Shown here one piece after another: positions 26,378-36,017 of a stretch of 64,000 bases of DNA; position 1 is the stretch's first letter, and each line of letters begins with the position of its first letter. Position numbers and translations under genes: made by a program. Under the pieces are notes generated by a model, which was not told where the DNA came from, ran no database searches, and saw only the letters and a program-made list of their open reading frames with translations. The DNA is from a bacterium (GTDB lineage: Bacteria > Pseudomonadota > Alphaproteobacteria > Rhodobacterales > Rhodobacteraceae), in assembly GCA_039932095.1 (NCBI GenBank), contig JBDTQR010000001.1:16558-80557 (forward strand), given 5' to 3'.

Positions 26378-28411
26378 TCAGATCACGGAAACGAGACGAA
26401 GCGCATCATAGATTGCCGCGTGGATGTTGCGCGCCTCGACCGCGTCGCCAATGCGGAACAGCTGGAACCCCTTGGGTCCGCCGGTCCGGCTCTGCGGCTG
26501 CATGGCGATCATCGCGTCATAATCCACCGCGCCAAGGTTCACCGATTGCGGCCTCAGGTCGAAATAGATGTCCGCCAGCGGCTGGGTGCCATGGTTCACC
26601 ACGACCTGATCATAAAGCGCGGTCTTGCCGATCTTCATGTAATCGGAATCTACCGTCGCCTTGATCTGATTGCCCTGCCTTTCGACCCTGCTCAGCCGGT
26701 AGGTCACGGTAAATATCACATCCTTGTCCTGCAACGCCCGCATATAGGGCACCAGATTCATCGCCATGACATCCGGCGCAAAGGTCCGGTCCGGCGTCAT
26801 GATCTCCACCTTGGCTCCGGCCTCGGCCAAGAGTTGCGCCACCTGCAACGCCACGTGGTCGCCTGCATCGTCAAACAACAAGACGTTGCTGCCGGGTTTC
26901 GCATCGCCTGACAGAATGTCCCAGGCCGAAATGGTCAGCTCATTGCCAGACGCCAGAATATCCTTCTGCGGCATCCCGCCCGTTGCAACAATCACCACAT
27001 CCGGCTGCTCTGCCAGCACCTCCGCCGCCTCGGCCCAGGTGTTGAATCGAAACTCCACGCCCAAAGCCGCGCATTGCGCCATCCGCCAGTCGACAATGCC
27101 GATCAATTCCGCCCGTCGCTTGGTCTGCACGCAGAGCCGTATCTGCCCACCGGCCTGCGCTGCCGCCTCGAACACCAACACTTTATGGCCACGCTCCGCC
27201 GCCACCCGCGCCGCCTCCAGCCCCGCCGGACCCGCGCCCACCACCACCACCCGCTTGGCGCTGCTGGCGGGCTGGACCGCGTGTGGCATCGTCTCCTCCC
27301 GCCCGGTCGAGGGGTTGTGGATGCACAGCGCCATCCCCCCCTGATAGATCCGGTCCAGACAATAGGTTGCGCCGACACAGGGTCGAATATCCTGCTCGCG
27401 CCCCTCCACGATCTTCTGCACGATATGCGGGTCGGCCATATGGGCCCGGGTCATGCCGACCATGTCCAACTGCCCCGACGCCACCGCATAACGCGCCGTC
27501 GCGACATCGGGAATCCGTGATGCGTGAAAGGTCGGCAACCCGACCTCTGCCCGCACCCGACCGGCAAAATCCAGATGCGGCGCCGATTTCATGCCGTGGA
27601 TCGGGATCACATCGGTCATGGCGGCATCGGTGTGGATGCGGCCACGGATCACGTTCAGGAAATCGACCAGCCCCGAATCGCGGAACATCTTGCCAATCGC
27701 AATGCCCTCGTCAGCATCAATCCCGCCCTGTTCCACTTCATCCGCCGTATAGCGCATGCCCAGCAGGAAGGTCTCACCCACCCGCTTGCGACAGGCGGCC
27801 AGCACGTCCAGCGCAAACCGCGCCCGGTTCTCAAGGGACCCGCCATACGGCGCCGGCAGAGCGTTGGTGAACGGCGACATGAACTGATCGAGCAGATGGC
27901 CGTAACACTCGAATTCGACCCCATCCAGGCCCGCCGCCTTCATCCGTTCCGCCGCATCGGCGAAATCCGTGATGATCCGGTCGATGTCCCAATCTTCAAC
28001 CACCTTCGGAAACGCCCGGTGGCTCGGCTCCCGCGCTGGCCCGGCCGAGACCACCGGCAGCCAATCACCCTTGTCCCACCGCGTCCGTCGGCCAAGATGC
28101 GTCAGCTGGATCATCACTGCCGCCCCAGCCTCATGGCAATCATCCGCCAGCCGCTTCATCCACGGCACCACCTCATCGCGGAAGGCCAGCACGTTGTTGA
28201 ACACCGGTGGCGAATCCTTCGACACCGCCGCCGACCCCGCCGTCATGGTCAACGCGACCCCCGCCTTCGCCCGCTCCAGATGATAAAGCCGGTACCGGTC
28301 CTTCGGCATACCATCCTCGGGATAGGCCGGTTCGTGACTGGTCGTCATGATCCGGTTGCGCAGCGTCAGGTGCTTCAATTGATAGGGTTGCAACAGCGGA
28401 TCAGTTGACAT
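26378..28411 (-). CDS. stcD: NADH:flavin oxidoreductase (OYE plus FAD/Fe-S domain), N-methylproline demethylase StcD-like
   Basis: Closely resembles recalled S. meliloti StcD (DPLLQPYQLKHLTLRNRI, HEPAYPEDGMPK, RRTRWDKGDWLPVV, CVGATYCLDRIY); GAGPAGLEAA dinucleotide motif. Confidence 0.8.
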   Translation of the reverse strand: MSTDPLLQPYQLKHLTLRNRIMTTSHEPAYPEDGMPKDRYRLYHLERAKAGVALTMTAGSAAVSKDSPPVFNNVLAFRDEVVPWMKRLADDCHEAGAAVMIQLTHLGRRTRWDKGDWLPVVSAGPAREPSHRAFPKVVEDWDIDRIITDFADAAERMKAAGLDGVEFECYGHLLDQFMSPFTNALPAPYGGSLENRARFALDVLAACRKRVGETFLLGMRYTADEVEQGGIDADEGIAIGKMFRDSGLVDFLNVIRGRIHTDAAMTDVIPIHGMKSAPHLDFAGRVRAEVGLPTFHASRIPDVATARYAVASGQLDMVGMTRAHMADPHIVQKIVEGREQDIRPCVGATYCLDRIYQGGMALCIHNPSTGREETMPHAVQPASSAKRVVVVGAGPAGLEAARVAAERGHKVLVFEAAAQAGGQIRLCVQTKRRAELIGIVDWRMAQCAALGVEFRFNTWAEAAEVLAEQPDVVIVATGGMPQKDILASGNELTISAWDILSGDAKPGSNVLLFDDAGDHVALQVAQLLAEAGAKVEIMTPDRTFAPDVMAMNLVPYMRALQDKDVIFTVTYRLSRVERQGNQIKATVDSDYMKIGKTALYDQVVVNHGTQPLADIYFDLRPQSVNLGAVDYDAMIAMQPQSRTGGPKGFQLFRIGDAVEARNIHAAIYDALRLVSVI

Positions 28412-28492
28412 CACGGCCTCCATTTCCCGCAAGCCTAAATTAGCCTTCAGGTCGCGGTGCGGCAGAATGCGACGCCCAGGCGTCGTTTTGCC

Positions 28493-28906
28493 CTAGGTCA
28501 GCCGCGTCAAAAGCGCCAAAAGCTGTTCTTGCTCAGCAGGTTCCAGCGGCTCCAGCGTTCGCTGCGACACCGTCATGGCAGTTGCCTTGGTGGTGTCGAA
28601 CAGCCCCTGACCCGCCGCCGTCAGGCTGACCGTCAGCCGGCGGCGATCCTCAGGATCCGGCGTGGTCGCAACCAGCCCTTCGCGCACCAGCCGGTCCACC
28701 ACACCCTTGATCGTCGCGGCATCCATCGCGGTTTCCCGGCCCAGCAGGTTCTGACTGAGCGGCCCCAGATCGGCCAGCCGCGCCAGCACGGCAAATTGCG
28801 TCGTGGTCACCGCCGGGATCGCCTCGGAGAACAACGCCAAATGGCGCTGGGTCACCCGGCGCAGCACATAGCCAATCTGATCGTCCAGCACATATTCTTG
28901 GGTCAT
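28493..28906 (-). CDS. MarR-family regulator
   Basis: TTTQFAVL, MDAATIKGVVDRL and DPEDRRRLTVSLT. Confidence 0.93.
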   Translation of the reverse strand: MTQEYVLDDQIGYVLRRVTQRHLALFSEAIPAVTTTQFAVLARLADLGPLSQNLLGRETAMDAATIKGVVDRLVREGLVATTPDPEDRRRLTVSLTAAGQGLFDTTKATAMTVSQRTLEPLEPAEQEQLLALLTRLT

Positions 28907-28963
28907 CGGTCTTGGATAACCGCAGCAACGCCGGGCTGCAAGATTGTTGCCAGCCCGGTTCCG

Positions 28964-30796
28964 TCAGGCACTGCGATTGCGCTGCCAGCCCATCCGGTCG
29001 AACACGGCCGCATAGCTTTGCGCCAGCCCGCGCAGCCCCACGCCATCCAGACTGTCCTTCCGGTCCCAGGCCTTGTTCGCCAGCCCAAGGATGCGCGGCA
29101 CCAGCATCGGCTCCATTTCCGCGTCCCGCGTGGTGAACTCCGACCAGAAGCAGCCCTCGACCCCGACAATCCGGTCTGCCACGTCTTCGGCTCCCGCTGG
29201 CACCGGCAGCCAGTTCACAACATCCTCCAGCGCCACAATCGCCGCCCAGGACGCACCCCAGTCATCAGCCGCGCCGCTATGAGCCATGTCGAAATAGACG
29301 TTCTGCGCCGGGCACATCACCACATCATGACCTGCCCGCGCCGCTGCCACCCCGGGCCCCTGCCCAGTCCATGAAAACAGCAGCGCATCATGCCCGATCC
29401 CGCCATTCACCCCCTTGGCCGCCTCTTCCCACGCCGCCGGGCGAATGCCATGCGCCGACAGAAACCCGGCCAACTTCGCCATCATCCAGCCCTGCACATC
29501 GTCGCGGGTCTGCAAACCATGGGCCGCTTTCAGGGCCGCCACCGCGGGCGAGCCGGCCCACGCCTCCGGCGGCAGTTCATCACAGCCCAGATGCAGGATT
29601 CCAAGCGGAAACAGGCTCGCCACTTCCAGCGCAAGTGGCTCTAACAGGGCCCAGGTCGTAGGCATTGCCGGATTCAAGATGTTTTCGGGATAGCCCTGAA
29701 TGCTCTGGGTGGGCGCATTGTCCCCCGGATCCCGCATCCCCTGATACGCGAGGTTCAAGGCAAAGGCATGGGCCGGCACCTCGATCTCCGGCAGCACCTC
29801 GATCTGCAATTCCTGCGCCCGTGCCAGGACCAGCGCTACATCGGTCCTGGAGTAACTGCCGCCCGACCGAATGCCACCGCCAAACACCCCCGGTACCACC
29901 TGGCCCTCTCCGCGCTGCGCCGTGCGCTGCCAGATTTCCGGTGCGCAGTCGACTTCCAGCCGAAAAGCCTCATCGTCGGAGAAATGCCAGTGGAACCGGT
30001 TCAACTTCAACAACGCCATCATGTCCAGCAGCCGCAGGATGGTTTCGACCGCGTAGAAATGCCGGGCGCAATCCAGATGCTGCCCCCGCCAGCCAAAGCG
30101 CGGCGCGTCTTGAAGAATGCCGCAGGGCAGCGCGCCGTCATAGGTTTCCCGCAAGTTGAGCAAGGTAATTGCGGCACTGAACAGGCCCGAATCGCCCTCT
30201 GCGGCAAGGGTGATGCCAGCCGTACCAATCTCCAGACGATAGCCGCCGACCGGTAGTGCAAGGTCATTGACGATGTCCAAGACCGCACCCTGTGGCCCCA
30301 GTATCGGTGCAAAGTTCAGCCGCCCGGCCAAAGCCGCAACCGGCGCCAGACGCGGGTCACCCGACACAAACCCGGCCGCCTTCAACACACCCCCGCTCGG
30401 CAGCCAGTCCGTCGGTTGCGGCACAATCTTCAACCCGCCAAAGTCCGGCGCGGTCATCGGCGGCGATCCCAGAAACCGCACCCCGGCCTCCAGCACTGGC
30501 AAGGCCACCGTGCCGCCCCTGGTCCGCAAATAGGCACCCAGCGGCAACCACGCCCGGTTCTGCGGAACAAACGCTTCGACATGGGTCAAGATCACCGTCA
30601 CCCGACCGCCCGCTGCAATGTCGGGCAATGCCACTTCGGCATATCCGCCCACGGACTTCACCAGTGTCCCGCCGGCGACGACTCTGATCGGCACAAACAG
30701 CGAGCTGCAAAATACCGGGGCCGCAAGCGCCGTGTCAGAGCCGATTTCACAGTGGATCTCCAGACCGACGATCCGCGCCGCAAAACTCAGTTTCAT
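28964..30796 (-). CDS. Beta-N-acetylhexosaminidase (GH20), no evident signal peptide
   Basis: PRFGWRGQHLDCARHF, LNRFHWHFSDDE, PEIEVPAH and HLGCDE. Confidence 0.94.
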   Translation of the reverse strand: MKLSFAARIVGLEIHCEIGSDTALAAPVFCSSLFVPIRVVAGGTLVKSVGGYAEVALPDIAAGGRVTVILTHVEAFVPQNRAWLPLGAYLRTRGGTVALPVLEAGVRFLGSPPMTAPDFGGLKIVPQPTDWLPSGGVLKAAGFVSGDPRLAPVAALAGRLNFAPILGPQGAVLDIVNDLALPVGGYRLEIGTAGITLAAEGDSGLFSAAITLLNLRETYDGALPCGILQDAPRFGWRGQHLDCARHFYAVETILRLLDMMALLKLNRFHWHFSDDEAFRLEVDCAPEIWQRTAQRGEGQVVPGVFGGGIRSGGSYSRTDVALVLARAQELQIEVLPEIEVPAHAFALNLAYQGMRDPGDNAPTQSIQGYPENILNPAMPTTWALLEPLALEVASLFPLGILHLGCDELPPEAWAGSPAVAALKAAHGLQTRDDVQGWMMAKLAGFLSAHGIRPAAWEEAAKGVNGGIGHDALLFSWTGQGPGVAAARAGHDVVMCPAQNVYFDMAHSGAADDWGASWAAIVALEDVVNWLPVPAGAEDVADRIVGVEGCFWSEFTTRDAEMEPMLVPRILGLANKAWDRKDSLDGVGLRGLAQSYAAVFDRMGWQRNRSA

Positions 30797-31575
30797 GGTT
30801 TGGGTTCCAGCCGCAGTTCGGCAACAAAGTCATAGATGTCAGACCGGTATAGGCCCCGGGTAAATTCGATCGGCCGTCCGGTCGGCAGATAGGCGGTCCG
30901 GTCGATCCGCAGCACCGCCGCGCCGTCCGGCAGGTGCAGCAACGCCGCATCATTCGCCGCCAGGTTCACCGCCGTGATTCGCTGCACAGCGCGGGTCGGC
31001 GCGTTGCCCTTGGCCCGCAGTACGTCATAGAGCGAGGTTTCCACCCGCTCGGGGTCAGGCAGAATGTCCTGCGGCAGCGATGACCATTCCAGCGCCATTG
31101 GCAGCCCATCGGCACTGCGCAGCCGTTCGACCCGTGCCACCCGGTCCGCCCCGGCCAGCCCCAGTGCCATCTGCTCATCCGGGCTGGGCAGAAACAACCC
31201 GCGTCGCAGGATCTGACTGCTCGACGTTTTCCCCCTCTGCCGCATGTATTCGGTGAACGACAACAGCGCCGACAGCGAATGTTCCAGTTTCGGCGGATGC
31301 GGCCGCACAAAGGTGCCCGCCCCGCGCCGCTGCTCCAGCACGCCCTCTTCCACCAACTGCGCTACAGCCTTGCGCACCGTCACCCGGCTGACGTCGGCCA
31401 GCTCGGCCAGCTCACGCTCCGGCGGCAGTTGCGCATCGGTTTCCAGCACGCCTGAGCTGATCACTGCCGCGATATGGCGGTACAGCTGGCTGTACCGCGG
31501 CCCATGTCCGCTGCGATACCAGCGGTCCGGTGCAAAGATTTCGTCACGCTCTGGCAGGTCCATCGTCGCCATCAT
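30793..31575 (-). CDS. nagQ: GntR/HutC-UTRA regulator of GlcNAc genes (NagQ-like); start uncertain (31575 or 31563)
   Basis: LPPERELAELADVSRVTVRKA HTH plus UTRA domain; divergent from the nag operon. Confidence 0.8.
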   Translation of the reverse strand: MMATMDLPERDEIFAPDRWYRSGHGPRYSQLYRHIAAVISSGVLETDAQLPPERELAELADVSRVTVRKAVAQLVEEGVLEQRRGAGTFVRPHPPKLEHSLSALLSFTEYMRQRGKTSSSQILRRGLFLPSPDEQMALGLAGADRVARVERLRSADGLPMALEWSSLPQDILPDPERVETSLYDVLRAKGNAPTRAVQRITAVNLAANDAALLHLPDGAAVLRIDRTAYLPTGRPIEFTRGLYRSDIYDFVAELRLEPKP

Positions 31576-31729
31576 TGGTATTGTTTTTTGTGGCCAAATC
31601 AGACCACTTTTGTCAGAAGGCACTGGATTTGGCCGAAAAACAAGCGGTAATTTCGGGGTTTAGCAGATTTTTCCAGAATTGGTATTATCTAGGTAGCAAA
31701 ATTATTTTCCCTTGGTAACATGAGGTCAT
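31576..31729. promoter_or_regulatory. Candidate NagQ operators (TGGTATT-type direct repeats)
   Basis: TGGTATT at 31576 and 31680, AGGTAGC at 31691, TGGTAAC at 31713, AGGTCAT at 31723. Confidence 0.55.
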
Positions 31730-31777
31730 AAACAGATTCGGCCCCATTGCAGGCCGGACACCGCTTCAGGGGGCTGC

Positions 31778-32710
31778 ATGGCCGATATCACTGCCCAGAC
31801 GGCAACCGCCGTCACCACTGCCAGTCGCAAGGGCCTGACCGAGGCATGGTTTGCTTGGGCGCTGATCCTCCCGGCCGTCCTTTTCATCGGTGTCATCGTG
31901 GCCTGGCCGCTTGTCGAGACCATCCGATTGTCCTTCACCGATGCCACGCTGACCAAAGCCAACTACATCGGATTGGCCAATTACCAGCAACTCCTGTCCA
32001 GCCCCAAGTTCTACGATATCGTCGGCCGCACCTTCTTCTGGATGTTCCTTTCGGTCAGCCTCAAGCTGATCATCGGGCTGATCGGCGCCTCGCTTCTCGC
32101 GGCCGCCGTTCCCGGCCGGGCGCTGTTCCGCGCGCTGATCATGCCGCCATGGGTGATCCCGATCGCCATCGGCTGCATCGGCTGGATGTGGCTCTACAAC
32201 GGCCAGTTCGGCTTTATTTCGGGCATGGCGCAGCGGTTCGGTCTGCTGGATGGGCCATTCGAATTTCTCGCCTACAAGAATTCGGCCTTCTATTCGGCCA
32301 TCGTCACTGACGTCTGGGTCGGCACCCCGATGGTCAGCTTGTTCTTCCTGGCCGCGATGCAGGGCGTAAGCCGCGATCTTTACGAGGCGGCCTGGGTCGA
32401 CGGCGCCGGGCGCTGGTATCGCTTCCGCCGCATCACCGTTCCGCAGATCATGCCGACCATTGTGTCCATGGCGCTGCTTTCGGCGATCTGGACCTTCAAC
32501 TCCTTCGACATCATCTATGTCCTGACCCAGGGCGGTCCGCGTGGCGGCACGACGACGATGATCATCGACGCCTACAAGACCGCTTTCGGCAACTATAACC
32601 TCGGCGAGGGCGCGACCCGCGCGGTGGCCATCGTAGTTCTGCTGAGCCTGTTTTCGCTGGCCTACCTGCGGATCCTGAACCGCGTGAACAAGCATTACGG
32701 GGTGAAATGA
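31778..32710 (+). CDS. Carbohydrate ABC transporter permease
   Basis: EAA loop LYEAAWVDGAGRWYRFRRIT; multi-TM. Confidence 0.95.
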   Translation: MADITAQTATAVTTASRKGLTEAWFAWALILPAVLFIGVIVAWPLVETIRLSFTDATLTKANYIGLANYQQLLSSPKFYDIVGRTFFWMFLSVSLKLIIGLIGASLLAAAVPGRALFRALIMPPWVIPIAIGCIGWMWLYNGQFGFISGMAQRFGLLDGPFEFLAYKNSAFYSAIVTDVWVGTPMVSLFFLAAMQGVSRDLYEAAWVDGAGRWYRFRRITVPQIMPTIVSMALLSAIWTFNSFDIIYVLTQGGPRGGTTTMIIDAYKTAFGNYNLGEGATRAVAIVVLLSLFSLAYLRILNRVNKHYGVK

Positions 32711-32711
32711 C

Positions 32712-33557
32712 ATGCTGATGGACCGCTATTCGCTGCTGCAAAAGGTCGGTATCTACTGCGGCATCGCGCTATTCCTTCTGTTCATCCTCTTGCCCTTTCT
32801 GGAGATGTTCCGCACATCTCTGATGCCGCTCTCGCATCTTTTCCATGCGCCCTACGAAATCTGGAGCGACGAGATGAGCTTCCAGGCCTATCACGACATG
32901 TGGGTGAAAGTGCCGCTGCTTGGCCGCTACATTTGGAATTCGATCTTCATTGCCGCGATGGTGACAGCAATCTGCATGGTGATCGTGACGCCCGCCGCCT
33001 ATGCCTATGCAAGGCTGGAGTTTCCCTTCAAGGCCCAATCGCTGGGTCTGTTCCTGTCTGTCAACATGTTCGCAGGCGCCGTGTTGCTGATCCCGCTTTA
33101 CCGCCTGCTCAACACGCTGCACCTGTTGAACACCTATTGGGCGATGATCGTCCCGGGCATCGCCTTCCTGATCCCCACCGGCATTTGGCTGCTGAAAGGC
33201 TATCTGGAAAAAATCCCGAAGGAGTTGGAAGAGGCCGCCTATGTCGATGGCGCTACCCGGCTTTACACGCTGCGCCGTGTAGTGTTGCCGCTGGCCGTGC
33301 CGGGCCTGATCGTGGTCGGCACCTCGGTCTTCATCGGCGCCTATGCCCAGCAGTATCTCTTTGCCATCACCTTCAACCAGATCGACGCTCTCTACCCGCT
33401 GCCGGCCGGCCTGAACAAATTCATCGGCTACCAGTCGGTCGAGTGGAACCAGATGATGGCCGCCGCCCTTACCGGGGTGCTACCCGTCATGCTCGTCTTC
33501 TTTTTCCTGCAGAAATACCTCGTCGCGGGTCTGACCGCCGGCGCGGTGAAAGAGTGA
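32712..33557 (+). CDS. Carbohydrate ABC transporter permease
   Basis: EAA loop ELEEAAYVDGA; QKYLVAGLTAGAVK. Confidence 0.95.
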   Translation: MLMDRYSLLQKVGIYCGIALFLLFILLPFLEMFRTSLMPLSHLFHAPYEIWSDEMSFQAYHDMWVKVPLLGRYIWNSIFIAAMVTAICMVIVTPAAYAYARLEFPFKAQSLGLFLSVNMFAGAVLLIPLYRLLNTLHLLNTYWAMIVPGIAFLIPTGIWLLKGYLEKIPKELEEAAYVDGATRLYTLRRVVLPLAVPGLIVVGTSVFIGAYAQQYLFAITFNQIDALYPLPAGLNKFIGYQSVEWNQMMAAALTGVLPVMLVFFFLQKYLVAGLTAGAVKE

Positions 33558-33621
33558 CCCTAAAACTGCCAATCCACCAACTGCCGAAACGACAACGAAA
33601 AACCAACCAAGGGAGTACCCA

Positions 33622-34848
33622 ATGAAACTATCCAAAACCCTGATGGTCGCTGCGGCCCTGATGGGCTCATCGACCCTCGCGGCCAAGGCGGACGACATCA
33701 ACCTGTCGTTCATCATGTGCGGCGATGTGCGCCCGGCTGACCAGGCCACCATCGACAAGTTCCAGACCGACAATCCCGGCATCAAGGTCAACATGGAAGC
33801 GGTTCCGTGGGGCACTTGCCAGGACAAGTCGATGACCCTCGCCGCTGCCGGCAACCCGGTTTCGGTCGCCTATATGGGCTCGCGCACACTGTTGAAACTG
33901 TCGAAGGAAGGTCTGATCGTCCCGGCCGAGATTCCGGCTGATCTGGTCGACAGCTATCAACCCGGCGTGTTGAAAACGGTGTCTTCTGGCGGCAAATACT
34001 GGGGCTATCCCCACGCATTTTCGACCAAGGCGCTGTATATCAACTGCGATCTGGTGACTGCGGCCGGTCTGGAATGCAAGGCACCCGAGACCTGGGCTGA
34101 CATGATTGCCATGGCCAAGGCGATCAAGGAAAAAGACGGTGTCGCGGGCATTGGCATCGCTGGCAAAGACTTCGACAACACGATGCACATGTTCCTCGAC
34201 TTCCTCTATTCTGACGGCGGCCAAGTCCTGAACGCCGACACCGGTGAGGTTCTGCTCGACAGCCCGCAGACCCGCGAAACCCTGCAGATGTACAAAGACA
34301 TCCTGCCCTACGCCGAAGAAGGCCCGACCGCCTGGGAACGTGACCAGATGAAGGACCTGTTCAACGACCAGAAGCTGGGCATGTATGTCACCGGTCCTTG
34401 GGGCCGTGGTCAGTCCAAGGATCAGGTGCCGAACATGCTGGTGGCCCCGGTGCCGCACGGTCCGTCGGGTGCCTCGGGCACCATCCTGATCACCGACTCG
34501 ATTGCGATCTTCAAGCAGACGGACCCGGCGGTTGAAGCGGCGGCGCAGAAACTGGCGCTGGCGCTCAGCACCGGCGACGCACAATACGACCTCGACAGCA
34601 CCTGGGGCCTGACCCCGATCTTCCAATATGACAAAGTCGGCGTCGCCAAGCCGTTCTATGTCGACGATCCGTTCTGGAAGATCTTCGTTGACGGCATCGC
34701 CACCGGCGGGCCAGAGCCGCTGGTCACCGACTTCAAGTCGCTGCAAGGCGTGTTCACCAACATGATCCAGGGCGTCATGCTGGGCGAAGGCGGCTCGATC
34801 GACGATCTGGTCAAGCAGGCCGGCGTTGAACTGGCTGACGTGAAATAA
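33622..34848 (+). CDS. Carbohydrate ABC transporter solute-binding protein
   Basis: Signal peptide; SBP-like; strong codon bias. Confidence 0.93.
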   Translation: MKLSKTLMVAAALMGSSTLAAKADDINLSFIMCGDVRPADQATIDKFQTDNPGIKVNMEAVPWGTCQDKSMTLAAAGNPVSVAYMGSRTLLKLSKEGLIVPAEIPADLVDSYQPGVLKTVSSGGKYWGYPHAFSTKALYINCDLVTAAGLECKAPETWADMIAMAKAIKEKDGVAGIGIAGKDFDNTMHMFLDFLYSDGGQVLNADTGEVLLDSPQTRETLQMYKDILPYAEEGPTAWERDQMKDLFNDQKLGMYVTGPWGRGQSKDQVPNMLVAPVPHGPSGASGTILITDSIAIFKQTDPAVEAAAQKLALALSTGDAQYDLDSTWGLTPIFQYDKVGVAKPFYVDDPFWKIFVDGIATGGPEPLVTDFKSLQGVFTNMIQGVMLGEGGSIDDLVKQAGVELADVK

Positions 34849-34856
34849 GTCACTGG

Positions 34857-34880
34857 ACGGGCGGTTTACCGACCGCCCGT
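34857..34880 (+). terminator. Intercistronic hairpin after the SBP gene (mRNA stabiliser or weak terminator)
   Basis: ACGGGCGGT-TTACCG-ACCGCCCGT followed by TT. Confidence 0.6.
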
Positions 34881-34908
34881 TTTCCCCGCCCCCGCGACCG
34901 AGGATCCA

Positions 34909-36006
34909 ATGGCCACGCTCGACCTTAACAATATAACCAAATCCTTCGGCACCGTGCAGGTCCTCAAAGGCATTGACCTATCGATCAGGGATAAGGAATT
35001 CGTCGTCTTTGTCGGCCCCTCGGGTTGCGGCAAATCCACCCTGCTGCGCATCGTCGCCGGGCTGGAGGCTGCCACCTCCGGCCGTATCATCATCGCAGAC
35101 AGCGATGTGTCCAACCTGGCCCCGGTCGACCGTGGCATCTCGATGGTGTTCCAAAGCTACGCGCTTTACCCTCATCTGACCGTCTTCGAAAACATCGCCT
35201 TCCCGCTCAGGGTGCAGAAACTGCCTGAGGCCGAGGTCAAGGCCAAGGTCGGCAAAGCTGCCGACACCCTTCAACTGACCGACAAGCTGGACCTGAAACC
35301 GGGGCAACTGTCGGGCGGCCAGCGTCAGCGCGTCGCCATCGGCCGTTCCATCGTCCGCAACCCCAAAGTCTTTCTCTTCGACGAACCGCTGTCCAACCTC
35401 GACGCCGCCCTGCGCGGCGACATGCGGGTCGAACTCAGCCAATTGCACCGCGATCTCAACGCCACGATGATCTATGTGACCCACGATCAGATCGAGGCGA
35501 TGACGATGGCCCACCGCATTGTCGTGCTGAATGCCGGCAAGGTCGAACAGTTCGGCACCCCGATGGAGTTGTACCACCACCCGTCCTCGCGCTTTGTCGC
35601 CACTTTCATCGGCCAACCCAACATGAACCTGATCCAGGCCACCGTGCTGGGTGTCGATGCGACCGGTCTCGCCGTTGAACTTGACGGCGGTGCCCGGCTG
35701 ACCCTGCCGGTTGAGGCCGGCAGCGCCAAGAAGGGTGACCGGGTCGAGGTCGGGATGCGCCCGGAAAACATCACGCTGGGCGAAGGTCTGGCGATGAAGG
35801 TGCGCGTGCTGGAACGTCTCGGCGGCGTCTCGATCACCTATGGCGTGATGCCCAACGGCCAGCGCTTCTGCGCCGTCCTGCCCGGTGACGCCGCCGTGGC
35901 AGAGGGCCAGTCCATCGGGATCGCCGTCAACCCCGCCGATTGCCATGTCTTTGATGCCACCGGAAAGGTCATGCGCCGCCGCATGGCCCCCGCTCTGGCC
36001 GCCTGA
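34909..36006 (+). CDS. MalK/UgpC-type ABC ATPase
   Basis: GPSGCGKST, LSGGQRQR and DEPLSNLD. Confidence 0.96.
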   Translation: MATLDLNNITKSFGTVQVLKGIDLSIRDKEFVVFVGPSGCGKSTLLRIVAGLEAATSGRIIIADSDVSNLAPVDRGISMVFQSYALYPHLTVFENIAFPLRVQKLPEAEVKAKVGKAADTLQLTDKLDLKPGQLSGGQRQRVAIGRSIVRNPKVFLFDEPLSNLDAALRGDMRVELSQLHRDLNATMIYVTHDQIEAMTMAHRIVVLNAGKVEQFGTPMELYHHPSSRFVATFIGQPNMNLIQATVLGVDATGLAVELDGGARLTLPVEAGSAKKGDRVEVGMRPENITLGEGLAMKVRVLERLGGVSITYGVMPNGQRFCAVLPGDAAVAEGQSIGIAVNPADCHVFDATGKVMRRRMAPALAA

Positions 36007-36017
36007 AGGAGCTAACT

